From an uncultured Gammaproteobacteria bacterium (GTDB taxonomy: Bacteria; Patescibacteriota; Microgenomatia; Levybacterales; UBA12049): 64,000 nucleotides of DNA. The notes under the pieces are model-generated. The model was not told where the DNA came from. It did not search any database and saw nothing but the letters and a program-made list of their open reading frames with translations. Location of the stretch: positions 370,361 to 434,360 of the forward strand of contig CAZAZU010000001.1 of assembly GCA_964490105.1 (NCBI GenBank). Reading direction: 5' to 3'. The position numbers and the translations under genes are program-made. Positions 9,911 to 19,584 of the stretch are shown one piece after another. Position 1 is the first letter of the stretch. The number at the start of each line of letters is the position of its first letter.

Positions 9911-11230
9911 CTATTGCCTGCGCTTTTTGTTCCAATAATTACCGCGTCTTGGAAGCAACTGTTCGTCTTTTTTATCTTTAAGCAGCATCTCCACTGCTCT
10001 TTCTAGATAGAGAGTATTTTGCGAACCTTTTACTAACACAATATCTCCCCTTCGAATTTCATTTTCCAGAATTTCTTTTGCCTCTTTAAATGTTTCGAAA
10101 TGTTTAAATGGAAAATTGCTCTTTTCCAAAACAGGCTTTACATATTCTCCCATTAAGGGACCTATTAAAATTGCATAGTCTAAATTTTTTATGATTACTT
10201 TTGCTAACTCTACATGCTGCACTCTTCCCAAAGTCCCAAGCTCTCTCATGTCCCCAAGTATTCCCACTTTTCTTCCCGCTTTTATTTGCTTAATAATTTC
10301 AATCGCTCCTTTTGCAGCATTAAGCGAAGAATTGTATGAAGAATCAATAATTGTAGTGTCCTTAATTCCCTCAAATATGGAAAATCTGCCAGGAGGAAGA
10401 GAAAAATTTTCCTGCGTTAATTTTATTGCTTCATTAATATTAAACTTACAAACAAATGCAACAGCTACTGCTTCCATCAAGGAATAAGCAAAATATTTTG
10501 GAAGAGGTTTATCAATATTTAAAATATAATGATCTTTTAAGAAAATAAAATTAATATTAAAACCGTTTTCAGAAACTTGAATATTGGAAATATAAAAATC
10601 GGCATTCTTGTCATTTGCTGAAATCGTGACGACCTTGGATTTTAATGGCAAAAGACTTGCGATATTTTTATCATCCAAGTTAACAATTGATGTACCGTTT
10701 GAATCAATTGATTTAAGAAGTAATCCTTCTTCTTTAGAAGTAAGATTTAAAATTTGCTCTTTTCTTTTAGATTCATCCTCTTCTTTTATTAAATTATCAA
10801 AATTCAAACTGTGCTCTATGTCTATATTTGTGAGTACTCCTATATTTGGATTCACAATTGAAAGAAGATATTCCATATTTTTTGGCGGCTTGGGACTGTC
10901 AATTCCCATTTCAAGAACCAAAAAGTCATATTTCTTATTATTAGTGATAACTCTGAGAGGAGCTAAAAATAAAACCTTAAACCATTCCTTAAGCGTATAA
11001 TTATCTATGTCAATATCTAGTATATTTAAGGGGATTCCGGTCTCGCTATTTTTTCCTTTCCCCTCTTTTATGTTGAATTTTGATCCTAAAATTTTCCCAA
11101 TTAAAAGCGCCGTGGAAGTTTTTCCGCTCGCTCCTCCAATTCCTATTATTACTGGGTTAATTTTTTTTAGCTGAATTCTTGCAAAATATCTGATATAAGA
11201 CAGATATAATTTAATAAATAAATTCTTCAT
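9911..11230 (-). CDS. murF: UDP-MurNAc-tripeptide D-Ala-D-Ala ligase MurF (lacks N-terminal domain)
   Basis: GASGKTST, NSETGIP, LEMG, DSSYNSS, LGDMRELG, VLVKGS. Confidence 0.92.
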   Translation of the reverse strand: MKNLFIKLYLSYIRYFARIQLKKINPVIIGIGGASGKTSTALLIGKILGSKFNIKEGKGKNSETGIPLNILDIDIDNYTLKEWFKVLFLAPLRVITNNKKYDFLVLEMGIDSPKPPKNMEYLLSIVNPNIGVLTNIDIEHSLNFDNLIKEEDESKRKEQILNLTSKEEGLLLKSIDSNGTSIVNLDDKNIASLLPLKSKVVTISANDKNADFYISNIQVSENGFNINFIFLKDHYILNIDKPLPKYFAYSLMEAVAVAFVCKFNINEAIKLTQENFSLPPGRFSIFEGIKDTTIIDSSYNSSLNAAKGAIEIIKQIKAGRKVGILGDMRELGTLGRVQHVELAKVIIKNLDYAILIGPLMGEYVKPVLEKSNFPFKHFETFKEAKEILENEIRRGDIVLVKGSQNTLYLERAVEMLLKDKKDEQLLPRRGNYWNKKRRQ

Positions 11231-11242
11231 ATTTTATTCAAT

Positions 11243-12925
11243 TTAATTCTCAGGCGCTATTCCATAATATGTAAATAGCTCTTTGGCTATACTAAAGAAA
11301 ACAGGAGCAGCTGTCTCTGCACCGTAGATTCTAGCAGTTGGCCTGTCTAAAATCACTAGCATTACGAATTTAGGGTTGTCCGCAGGCGCAAATCCTATAA
11401 ATGACGCTATGGTTTTTGTTGGATCATACTTTCCCTCAACCGGAATTGAGGCAGTTCCTGTTTTTCCAGCTACCCTATATCCCTCAGTCTTTGCCCATTT
11501 AGCTTCACCCTTATCAACTGCATTTACTAATACCTCAGTCATCACCTTGGCTGTCGCCTGAGTTATGGGTTTTCCTATTTCTTTGGGGGGTATTTTTGCA
11601 ACTTCGCCGTGAATATCTGTAACAGATGCCACAATATGAGGCTCCATCATAATTCCGTTATTCGCGATCGAGGAAAACGCAGTTAATAGTTCAATGGGGG
11701 TTATGGAAATTCCCTGTCCAAAACCTGTGGTGGCAAGGTCCACTGCATACCAATTTTCCTTAGGTTTAATTTCTGCTACCACTTCTCCCTGAAGATCAAT
11801 TCCGGTTAATTTTCCAATTCCAAATCTATCTAGATACTTAAGCATTCTATCTAACCCTAATTTTTGTGCAGTATAAACCATTCCGGTATTATCTGAGTGC
11901 TGAATAACCTCAAGCATAGTCGCATTTGGAAAATATTCATCATTCCAGGTATGAAGATCGTATCCGCCTACTGAAACTGGACCCGCGCAAATCGGGCATT
12001 TGCTTTGAGGTGTTAAGAGTTTTTCATTAAATGCCGCAGACATTACTAATGGCTTAAAAGTAGAACCAGGCTCGTATAGATTTGATACAAATGTATTTTT
12101 ATAAAGATCACTTGAATATTCTTCGTACGTTGCAGGATCAAAGGATGGATAATTTGCCATCGCTAAAATTGCACCACTCTTTGGATCCATAATTCCTACC
12201 ATCCCCCCAACTGCACCGTATCTCTCAATTCCGTCTTTAAGTTTTTTTTCTGCTAAAAACTGGATGGATCTATTTATGTGAAGATTTAAACTACTTCCGT
12301 CTGTTCCGAATGATTTTTCATTATCTACTCGCGCTAAAATCGGCCTGCCGATAGCGTCATGTATTTGGACAGCGGATCCGTGTTTTCCTTTTAAAAGCCT
12401 GTCATAATACCCTTCGATTCCTGAATAACCCTTACTCCCACCATTTTCATCTTTGCCCACAAAACCTAATAAACTTGCGGCCATTGATGCTTCTGGATAA
12501 AACCTTTCAAATTGCTTTTCGAACCCTAGTCCTAAAATTTCTTCCTTTTCTATTTGCTCCCGGATCAAGGGACTAATACCATGCGCTATTGGAACCCAAA
12601 ACAAATCCTGCTCAAGCTGTGCACTTATTGAAGCCCTATCAATACCTAATGTTTCTGATAATAATCTTGCAACCTGTGATTTATTTTTTACTTCTTTGGG
12701 GTTTGCATATAAAAGATAAGTTATCTTATTTGCAGCAATTGGAAATCCATCAGAAGTTAAGATTTCGCCTCTTACAGGTTCAATTTTTATAGACTGACCG
12801 TACTGTATTTGCCCAAGCTCAGATAACTCTTCCGCTTTTACTACTTGCCAGTAAAAAAGACGAAGTAAAATGACCCCGAAAATTATCGTAAAAACTAGCA
12901 GAACTGTTCTATATCTTAAAATCAT
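11243..12925 (-). CDS. ftsI: class B penicillin-binding protein FtsI/PBP2-like transpeptidase
   Basis: RGEI, RFYP, EPGSTFK (SxxK), SDN (SxN), GKTGTA (KTG); dcw position. Confidence 0.93.
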   Translation of the reverse strand: MILRYRTVLLVFTIIFGVILLRLFYWQVVKAEELSELGQIQYGQSIKIEPVRGEILTSDGFPIAANKITYLLYANPKEVKNKSQVARLLSETLGIDRASISAQLEQDLFWVPIAHGISPLIREQIEKEEILGLGFEKQFERFYPEASMAASLLGFVGKDENGGSKGYSGIEGYYDRLLKGKHGSAVQIHDAIGRPILARVDNEKSFGTDGSSLNLHINRSIQFLAEKKLKDGIERYGAVGGMVGIMDPKSGAILAMANYPSFDPATYEEYSSDLYKNTFVSNLYEPGSTFKPLVMSAAFNEKLLTPQSKCPICAGPVSVGGYDLHTWNDEYFPNATMLEVIQHSDNTGMVYTAQKLGLDRMLKYLDRFGIGKLTGIDLQGEVVAEIKPKENWYAVDLATTGFGQGISITPIELLTAFSSIANNGIMMEPHIVASVTDIHGEVAKIPPKEIGKPITQATAKVMTEVLVNAVDKGEAKWAKTEGYRVAGKTGTASIPVEGKYDPTKTIASFIGFAPADNPKFVMLVILDRPTARIYGAETAAPVFFSIAKELFTYYGIAPEN

Positions 12926-13206
12926 CTAAGAGAAGCGATCGGCCTCGCCTTCGTTAAGGCAAAATTTGACTTACTGTCAACGAAACCGATTCTTGCGGCT
13001 TCTGAAGCAATGTGGGTTAATGAACTAAGAGAATAAATTTTTTCTCTTATGATCACATTTTCGGTTCTAACTTTTACTAATTCATCTTGAGTTTTTCCTA
13101 AAGCTACTCCTTTTGTAGAAATTTTGTTAGAAATTGCAGTACGCGTTATAAAAAGACCAACGATTACTAGTATTAAAATGGCTAAAACAAATATTGGTTT
13201 TTTCAT
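12922..13206 (-). CDS. FtsL-like small membrane/coiled-coil protein
   Basis: One TM helix plus coiled coil ending ASEAARIGF; lies between rsmH and ftsI. Confidence 0.65.
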   Translation of the reverse strand: MKKPIFVLAILILVIVGLFITRTAISNKISTKGVALGKTQDELVKVRTENVIIREKIYSLSSLTHIASEAARIGFVDSKSNFALTKARPIASLR

Positions 13207-13214
13207 ATTTTCTT

Positions 13215-14105
13215 TTAAGCTGAGCTTGCCGAACGCTCAAATATCCTTAGTTTTGCACTTTTACTCCTGCCATTTTCCTCTATTTCTTTTGCTGTTGGTA
13301 ATATCGGTTTATTTGTTATTATTTTCCCCAGTTTTTTATCTTCAAACTCTATAAATGCCCTTTTTACAATTCTGTCTTCCAAAGAATGAAATGTTATTAT
13401 CGCAATCCTTCCATCGTTCTCTAGTAGCTCTAATGCCTTAGGCAACGCTTCTTTTAGACTTCCCAATTCGTCGTTGACTGCAATTCTTAATGCCTGGAAA
13501 ACTCTTTTTCCAGATGTTGCTCTTGCAAAATCGTTAACAGTTCTAAATCCATATGCTGTTGCTAAAGTAAGTGTCAAATCGTCAGTCGTCTTAAAAGGCG
13601 CTATTTTTCTTCTTTTAATTATTAAGTCTGCAACCCTATTCGCATTTGTTTCTTCACCTAAATTTCTAAATAAATCTACAAGCTCACTTTTACCTAAGGC
13701 ATTCACTAGATCACTAGCTGTGACAGTAAGACTTTTGTCCATTCTCATATCTAAAGGTCCAGGTAAAATATAAGAAAATCCCCTCTGGGCAGTATCAATC
13801 TGGTGTGAGGATATTCCTAAATCAAAAAGAATTCCCCGCACTTTTTCAAATCCGTGTTCCCGAGCTAATGTGTCAATATTCCTGAAATTACCCTTAGCTA
13901 GAATTAGACTAGAACTATCAAGCTTACTTTTAACAAATGAAAGAGCTTCATCATCCTGGTCAATTCCCAAGACTAATCCCCCACTATTTAAGATCGCTTC
14001 GGTATGTCCGCCGCCGCCTAAAGTCGCGTCAATATATTTGCGGCCTTTTGCGACAGAGAGTGCGTCAATTGCTTCGCTTAAAAGTACAGATTTATGATAT
14101 TTCAT
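13215..14105 (-). CDS. rsmH: 16S rRNA m4C1402 methyltransferase RsmH (MraW)
   Basis: HKSVLL, DATLGGGGH, FDLGISS, PLDMRM, FQALRIAVN, FHSLEDRIVK, SAKLR; start taken at MKYHKSV (14105) instead of 14138. Confidence 0.96.
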   Translation of the reverse strand: MKYHKSVLLSEAIDALSVAKGRKYIDATLGGGGHTEAILNSGGLVLGIDQDDEALSFVKSKLDSSSLILAKGNFRNIDTLAREHGFEKVRGILFDLGISSHQIDTAQRGFSYILPGPLDMRMDKSLTVTASDLVNALGKSELVDLFRNLGEETNANRVADLIIKRRKIAPFKTTDDLTLTLATAYGFRTVNDFARATSGKRVFQALRIAVNDELGSLKEALPKALELLENDGRIAIITFHSLEDRIVKRAFIEFEDKKLGKIITNKPILPTAKEIEENGRSKSAKLRIFERSASSA

Positions 14106-14529
14106 TTGTTTTTGATAATTTTTCAGTAATTGGTTCAATTTTTTTAATTAATTCTGAATTGTGTGTTTCCCAACGTTTTTTGTCCCAAATTTGCACATAT
14201 CTCATAACTCCCAAAATACTTACATCCTCAGTCAAGCTTGCGTAATTTTTTAAATAATTAGGCACTATGAATCTTCCTTTGTTATCTAGCGTAACTTCTT
14301 CAGCTGAAGCCAGGAGAAATCTTTCAATTTCACGAGCACTTTTATCAATAATTGGCTTTCCTCTTGTTCCCTCTAGAAGAAGTTCAAATTTACTAACCGA
14401 TATAACTATCAAAGAGCTTTCAAAACCCTGAGTTACAATTAAATTGTCACCCAGTTCTTTTCTAAATTTTCTAGGTAATATAATTCTGTTTTTCTCATCA
14501 ATTTTACCGTCCTGCCTGCCTATCAACAT
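14092..14529 (-). CDS. mraZ: division/cell wall cluster transcriptional repressor MraZ
   Basis: IDEKNRIILP and LDNKGRFIVP SpoVT/AbrB repeats; first gene of the dcw cluster. Confidence 0.95.
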   Translation of the reverse strand: MLIGRQDGKIDEKNRIILPRKFRKELGDNLIVTQGFESSLIVISVSKFELLLEGTRGKPIIDKSAREIERFLLASAEEVTLDNKGRFIVPNYLKNYASLTEDVSILGVMRYVQIWDKKRWETHNSELIKKIEPITEKLSKTNEIS

Positions 14530-14540
14530 ATTTGCCTCAA

Positions 14541-14614
14541 ACTATATCATTTGTCCCACTTTTTCCCACTTTGAACAATAAATCTATTGTGCTCAATTCC
14601 GTGAAAAGTGTCAA
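14541..14614 (-). promoter_or_regulatory. dcw promoter region with MraZ boxes
   Basis: GTGGG twice at 10-bp period (14569-14565, 14559-14555); extended -10 TGATATAGT (14549-14541); TTGACA (14614-14609)-17 nt-CACAAT (14591-14586). Confidence 0.8.
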
Positions 14615-14697
14615 GAGGCATTTCACGAAAATAGTGTGAATTGGCAAGCTAAAACACTATATAAAGTAGGCTTATAGGAAATTGGTCTGAGGAATTA

Positions 14698-15174
14698 TTA
14701 GAGCTTTACGACTTTTTGAACTTGGTATTCTTTTCCATCTTTCTTTGTAACTTTTAAGTTAATAGTTATATCTGAGGTTACGTTGTCATAACGGCATTTT
14801 CCAGCTGAACAAGTACCAAACTCTCTATAATTTGTGTCTGTTCGTCCGTCTTTTCCGATTTCCATGATTCCGAAGATTCCTTCATTTGCGGTCTCACCCT
14901 CAACCTCTTTCTCATATTCAATCGTATATTCCACTAACTCTATGTCCGAAGCTTTTGTTAGCTCAAACATGAGAGCTTTGTTATCAGGCCTTATGGTTAC
15001 TTCCATTCCTATGTCTTCAGGGGAAAGAGTAGGCAAATCTGACTCTGTTATTTCGTCAGATGGACTTTCTGTACTTGACCCTTGCTTCATCCACAAAAAT
15101 GAGCCACCGGCTAAAGCTAAAATCAAAAATACAGCCACCGCTGCAATAATTTTTTTATTTTTTATTATTTCCAC
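14698..15174 (-). CDS. hypothetical membrane-anchored protein
   Basis: GTG start, N-terminal TM helix, beta-rich domain with GTCSAGKC Cys pair. Confidence 0.8.
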   Translation of the reverse strand: MEIIKNKKIIAAVAVFLILALAGGSFLWMKQGSSTESPSDEITESDLPTLSPEDIGMEVTIRPDNKALMFELTKASDIELVEYTIEYEKEVEGETANEGIFGIMEIGKDGRTDTNYREFGTCSAGKCRYDNVTSDITINLKVTKKDGKEYQVQKVVKL

Positions 15175-15181
15175 TAGAATT

Positions 15182-15211
15182 AGAATAGCTAAAAATTAAA
15201 TGCATTGTCAA
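15182..15211 (-). promoter_or_regulatory. sigma70-type promoter, probably leaderless transcript
   Basis: TTGACA (15211-15206)-18 nt-TATTCT (15187-15182)-7 nt-GTG. Confidence 0.6.
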
Positions 15212-15651
15212 GAAGCCTTAGCTTTTGGAGCTGGAAAAAATTCAGGAAATCCTTCCCTTGCTCTACTTAAAGCTTCTTTGCCAACAAGATGCTCATCACC
15301 AATCAAGAATTCTACCTCTCCAAAAAGCTCATTTGAATCCCTAAGAGATCTAGAAACCTGAAGAAATAAACTCCTGTCTCCTTCAACGATTCTCAGTGCC
15401 TCAACAGGCTCTAATCCTTCAGTTTCCTGCATAGCTGCAGAATAACCATAAGATTTACCATCTATGTCAAAGGGTATCAACTCTGGGGGCTTAGTTCCAG
15501 ATCTAATATACTCAAGCTCATGAGCAACTATTTCCGTAAATGCCTCCGAATGAGCACCAATCCCCTCGGCTAAATCATTCATAGCTGTTGTGACTTGAGC
15601 ACTAAAAGGAATATTTTCAATCTCAACTGGTGATTCTACAGATTCACCCAT
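15208..15651 (-). CDS. hypothetical acidic protein
   Basis: 147-aa ORF whose ATG directly follows the glyQS stop (TAAATG); no recognisable motif. Confidence 0.7.
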   Translation of the reverse strand: MGESVESPVEIENIPFSAQVTTAMNDLAEGIGAHSEAFTEIVAHELEYIRSGTKPPELIPFDIDGKSYGYSAAMQETEGLEPVEALRIVEGDRSLFLQVSRSLRDSNELFGEVEFLIGDEHLVGKEALSRAREGFPEFFPAPKAKAS

Positions 15652-17037
15652 TTATTTTAATTTATCAGCAATAAAATCGTGGAGCTTACTTATTTCAATT
15701 CTTTCCTGAGTAGCGCTATCGCGGTCTCTGATGGTCACAGTATCGTTTTCAAGAGTCTCAAAGTCCACAGTTATACAATACGGTGTTCCTGCTTCATCCT
15801 GAGAAAGATAGCGCTTCCCAATATTTCCCCTATCATCCCAGGAAACATTAAAATCTTTCTTTAAACTGTCATAAATTCCACGAGCTTTCTCGACCAATTC
15901 TGGTTTGTTTGCTAGAAGAGGGAATATCGCGGCCTTAAATGGAGCTATTTTAGGCGAAAGTTTTAACAAAACTCTACCATCATTCTCTGTATATGCGTCT
16001 ATCAGAGTCATAAGAAGAAGCCTGTTAATTCCTACTGCTGGCTCGATTACATGAGGCATAATCTTCTCATTAGTATTTGGGTCCATAATCGTTAAATCTT
16101 TATTCGATGCCTCAGAATGCTTTGTTAGATCATAATCTGTTCGATAGGCTAGTCCCCATAATTCTTTAAACCCAAAGGGGAACTGATACTCCAAATCTTC
16201 TGTTCTTTTACTGTAAAAAGATCTTTCTTTGTCGTCATGCTCTCTCCATCTTAGATTTTCCGATCGAATCCCCAGATCCTTAAGAACGAATTCAAAAACT
16301 CTTTCCTTCCATTCATTGAAAATTTCTTCCCAATTCGATCTATTTGGATCAAAGAAGTATTCTATTTCTCCCTGTTCAAACTCAATTGTTCTAAAAACAG
16401 AATTTCCTGGAGTTATTTCATTTCTAAAACTTTTTCCAATCTGTCCAATTCCGAATGGCAAACGAACTCGAGTAGAATCAACTACATTCTTAAAATTAAT
16501 AAATATTCCTTGCGCAGTTTCACCTCTTAAATATGCTTGACCCTGTTCTCCTTCAACTATTCCAAGTTGTACTGGGAATAAAAGATTAAACTTTCTGACT
16601 TTTGTCCAGTCTTTTTTTCCGCAAACAGGACATTTTATTTCATTCTCGTCGATAATTTTATCCAACTCTTCAGGGTTCAATCCCTCGACTAATTTTTTCT
16701 CATTTCTTTTCTCAAAATATCCTTCAATAAGATGATCTGCTCGCATTCTTGCTTTACAATTCCTGCAATCAATCATGGCATCGGCAAAGCTTGCCGTGTG
16801 TCCTGAAGCTTCCCAGACCTTGTGATGAGAAATAATGCTACTATCAAGCCCTACCATGTCTGATTTTTCCTGAACAAAAGCTTTCCACCAGAGATTCCTA
16901 ATATTTCTAAGGAGTTCTGCTCCCAAAGGTCCGTAATCATAGCTATTTGCAAGCCCGCCATAAATATCGGATCCTGGATAAATAAATCCGCGCCTTTTAG
17001 AAAGCGCCACAATCTTTTCCATTAAATTTTCTTCCAT
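15652..17037 (-). CDS. glyQS: glycine--tRNA ligase, alpha2 homodimeric type
   Basis: YDYGPLG, LRGETAQG, GKSFRNEITPG, EFEQ, VIEPAVG, anticodon domain QDEAGTPYC. Confidence 0.97.
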   Translation of the reverse strand: MEENLMEKIVALSKRRGFIYPGSDIYGGLANSYDYGPLGAELLRNIRNLWWKAFVQEKSDMVGLDSSIISHHKVWEASGHTASFADAMIDCRNCKARMRADHLIEGYFEKRNEKKLVEGLNPEELDKIIDENEIKCPVCGKKDWTKVRKFNLLFPVQLGIVEGEQGQAYLRGETAQGIFINFKNVVDSTRVRLPFGIGQIGKSFRNEITPGNSVFRTIEFEQGEIEYFFDPNRSNWEEIFNEWKERVFEFVLKDLGIRSENLRWREHDDKERSFYSKRTEDLEYQFPFGFKELWGLAYRTDYDLTKHSEASNKDLTIMDPNTNEKIMPHVIEPAVGINRLLLMTLIDAYTENDGRVLLKLSPKIAPFKAAIFPLLANKPELVEKARGIYDSLKKDFNVSWDDRGNIGKRYLSQDEAGTPYCITVDFETLENDTVTIRDRDSATQERIEISKLHDFIADKLK

Positions 17038-17043
17038 GAGGCA

Positions 17044-17052
17044 ATGATAGCA
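17044..17052 (-). promoter_or_regulatory. extended -10 box 6 nt upstream of glyQS ATG
   Basis: TGCTATCAT-tgcctc-ATG. Confidence 0.6.
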
Positions 17053-17072
17053 AATAAGAGGCTATTTATAAA

Positions 17073-17609
17073 CTAGAAGATCTGGGGGATTATTCTTTTT
17101 GTTTTGATTTTCTTTTCCATGATTTCTTCTATAAAACTCTCTGAATCTTCTAAAAACATCTGCTCTCTTGGCCAGAAACCTAGAAGAATTATTAATTCTT
17201 CTTCAAATCTTTTTATTCTTTTTCTGGGATCCGGAGTTATTTCAAGATCATAAAAAACCTGCTGGAGTAAATTAAACACTGCGCGATTTTCCTGATGCTC
17301 TGGAAGCAAACCATCTACTAGCTCACAAACATAAAATGCATACCCTGCTTTTTCAAGATCAGATTTTAGATTTGAATAATGATTTAGAGTTTCTACTTCT
17401 GTAAGAATTGGCATACGGCCTTCATGACAGCTAAAAACACTCAAATTTAGAAGCTCTATGTGAGAAGACCTACGGCTTGAAATCTTCCTAACTCCCTTAG
17501 CAATAACTGAAATTTTTCCTTTATTCTTAGTAATAACTGTAAGAATTCTATCAGCCTCACCAAAGTTTTTTCTCTTTATAACAATTCCCTCAGTCTTAAA
17601 AGATCTCAT
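17073..17609 (-). CDS. recO: DNA repair protein RecO
   Basis: TEGIVIKR..FGEADRIL...GKISVIAKGVRK OB-fold signature. Confidence 0.93.
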   Translation of the reverse strand: MRSFKTEGIVIKRKNFGEADRILTVITKNKGKISVIAKGVRKISSRRSSHIELLNLSVFSCHEGRMPILTEVETLNHYSNLKSDLEKAGYAFYVCELVDGLLPEHQENRAVFNLLQQVFYDLEITPDPRKRIKRFEEELIILLGFWPREQMFLEDSESFIEEIMEKKIKTKRIIPQIF

Positions 17610-17610
17610 A

Positions 17611-19578
17611 TTACAAGCTTAGTTCGATTTCTTTATCCTGATCCAGTATAAACTTTTGCTTCTGTTTACCATTTACTTTGATTGTATACTCATCCTCAGC
17701 TGTTCCTGGCTGTTTTTGAATCATTACAGGAAGAGGGGAACCCTTCTCCAGCTTAAACGGTAAGGTATATTCAAGAGTAAGTTTTCCAATTCCAAGAGGT
17801 CTAACTGTTAAGAATCCTTCGAAAACTGTTTTTCCAAACTCTTCATAGGTTGTCATTTTTACTTCTGATCCGGAGGAATCTTTAAGCTTAGCGCCTTTAG
17901 GAACGTAAACGCGGAACCAGTTTCTCCATGGAGCATTAAGACAAAGGCTGTTCTCGGCTTCTAGGTTACAGTTAGAAGGCTTATGAGGATTTCTATAGTT
18001 AACAGTAACTTTTTTAGTAATTGCACCATCTCCGCCAACTGTATACTCCTGTAAAACATTCTGGTCTACAAATAAATTAGATTTTGCTCCTCCAAAATTT
18101 GCCTCATTTAAGTGGAAATAATCTCCATCAAAATCTCTGATTTCTCCGGTCGCATTAACAGCAGACAAGCCTTCCATAGCATCTTTATTTTCCAGACTGA
18201 AAAGAATATGCTTCTGGCCAATCTCTGAGAACATAGCCTGCATTAGAGGACCCCAATACTGCTTTGGAGAAGACTGGAATGCCTTATTCATAATGGCAAG
18301 CATTAAGTCTCCGATAATACTTTTCCTGTCCGATCGAATGTATTGAACTCTAATTCCAGCAAATTCTTCCAGCTCATAAATAACCTGCGGGCAATCGCAT
18401 CTTTCGTCAATTTTAGTTGTATAAGTCTGTCCGTTTACTTGAATATCTCCTAAAATTTCCATCGCAGCGACTAGTGCATGGGTATCTATTGCGATAATTC
18501 CATCTACATCCACATATTTATCTGCTTCCCCATAAAGGTCTCTAAATTCCTTCATAGATTCTTGGAAATCCGGAGAAAGATTACTATCGCGAAGATTCAA
18601 AACAGGAACTTTTGGAAGGTATTTTAAGATAGGCTCTGGAGCTTTCTCTTTACCGGAGATCGAATTATCCAAAACATAAATATCCTCCGAGGAATCCACC
18701 TTAATCACACCTTTATTAATTCTAAAAATTGCATAAGCTGTGAGAAATCCTCCAGTCGGACGAAGCTCTTTATCATTCTGGAAAAGAACAAAGTATTTCT
18801 TTTCTTCTTTTTCTCCAAGAAGCTGAGGAAGAACCTTAATAAATGGACTTGCATCTTCTATAAACTTAGTCCCATCATCTGCGAGAGTTCTCATGGTGGC
18901 CATGCCATTTCTAACTTTTCCTCCTGCTATAAACGCGGGATAGTCATTTGGGTTAACATGATCAATTTCTTTCTGTGCAAGATTAAGAGACTTAGCGATA
19001 TCATCAATTCTTGGAGTTACTTTACCCATGGTTTGGACCGCTGTCTCAATTCGCTGCTCTGCACTTCCTCCTACAAAACTTCCCTGACCTTTAAGTCCTA
19101 AAACGTCTGCATAAGGCTCTACAGACTCTACAAAAACATCCGCTGCATCAAGTCCATAAAATCCAGCGTTAACCATATGTCTTGCATCGTTATAGTAAAT
19201 ATTTGGTCCTGGGATAAACCTCATTACCATTAAAAGATTTAACTTCTTCTGGGTATCCTTTAAAGCTTCTCTTGTTTTCTTAAGCTCTTTACCCGTTGCT
19301 TCTATATCCTGCTTCTTAAGCGCATCCACGGTAGCATTAACTTGCGCATAAGTTTTCTTAGCAGAAAGATAAGTTAAAAATCCTGGAATAATAATTAAAA
19401 CAACAAAAAGTATGAAAACCACAAGAAGCCCAATTCCTACTTTTTTATTCTTAACTTTACCAAGCTTTGAAAACCTCGACTTCGATTCTAGACGCGAAGT
19501 TTGGGGTTTTGTTTCTGGGTTGGGAGTTGTTTTTACGGGTAAATCAGAGCTTAATTCAATCTTTTCAAATCCATCCAT
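17611..19578 (-). CDS. DUF4012-domain membrane-anchored protein
   Basis: TM helix, long helical stalk, LFQNDKELRPTGGF, RDSNLSPDF, DGIIAID, QKQPG motifs. Confidence 0.8.
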   Translation of the reverse strand: MDGFEKIELSSDLPVKTTPNPETKPQTSRLESKSRFSKLGKVKNKKVGIGLLVVFILFVVLIIIPGFLTYLSAKKTYAQVNATVDALKKQDIEATGKELKKTREALKDTQKKLNLLMVMRFIPGPNIYYNDARHMVNAGFYGLDAADVFVESVEPYADVLGLKGQGSFVGGSAEQRIETAVQTMGKVTPRIDDIAKSLNLAQKEIDHVNPNDYPAFIAGGKVRNGMATMRTLADDGTKFIEDASPFIKVLPQLLGEKEEKKYFVLFQNDKELRPTGGFLTAYAIFRINKGVIKVDSSEDIYVLDNSISGKEKAPEPILKYLPKVPVLNLRDSNLSPDFQESMKEFRDLYGEADKYVDVDGIIAIDTHALVAAMEILGDIQVNGQTYTTKIDERCDCPQVIYELEEFAGIRVQYIRSDRKSIIGDLMLAIMNKAFQSSPKQYWGPLMQAMFSEIGQKHILFSLENKDAMEGLSAVNATGEIRDFDGDYFHLNEANFGGAKSNLFVDQNVLQEYTVGGDGAITKKVTVNYRNPHKPSNCNLEAENSLCLNAPWRNWFRVYVPKGAKLKDSSGSEVKMTTYEEFGKTVFEGFLTVRPLGIGKLTLEYTLPFKLEKGSPLPVMIQKQPGTAEDEYTIKVNGKQKQKFILDQDKEIELSL

Positions 19579-19584
19579 TAATAT

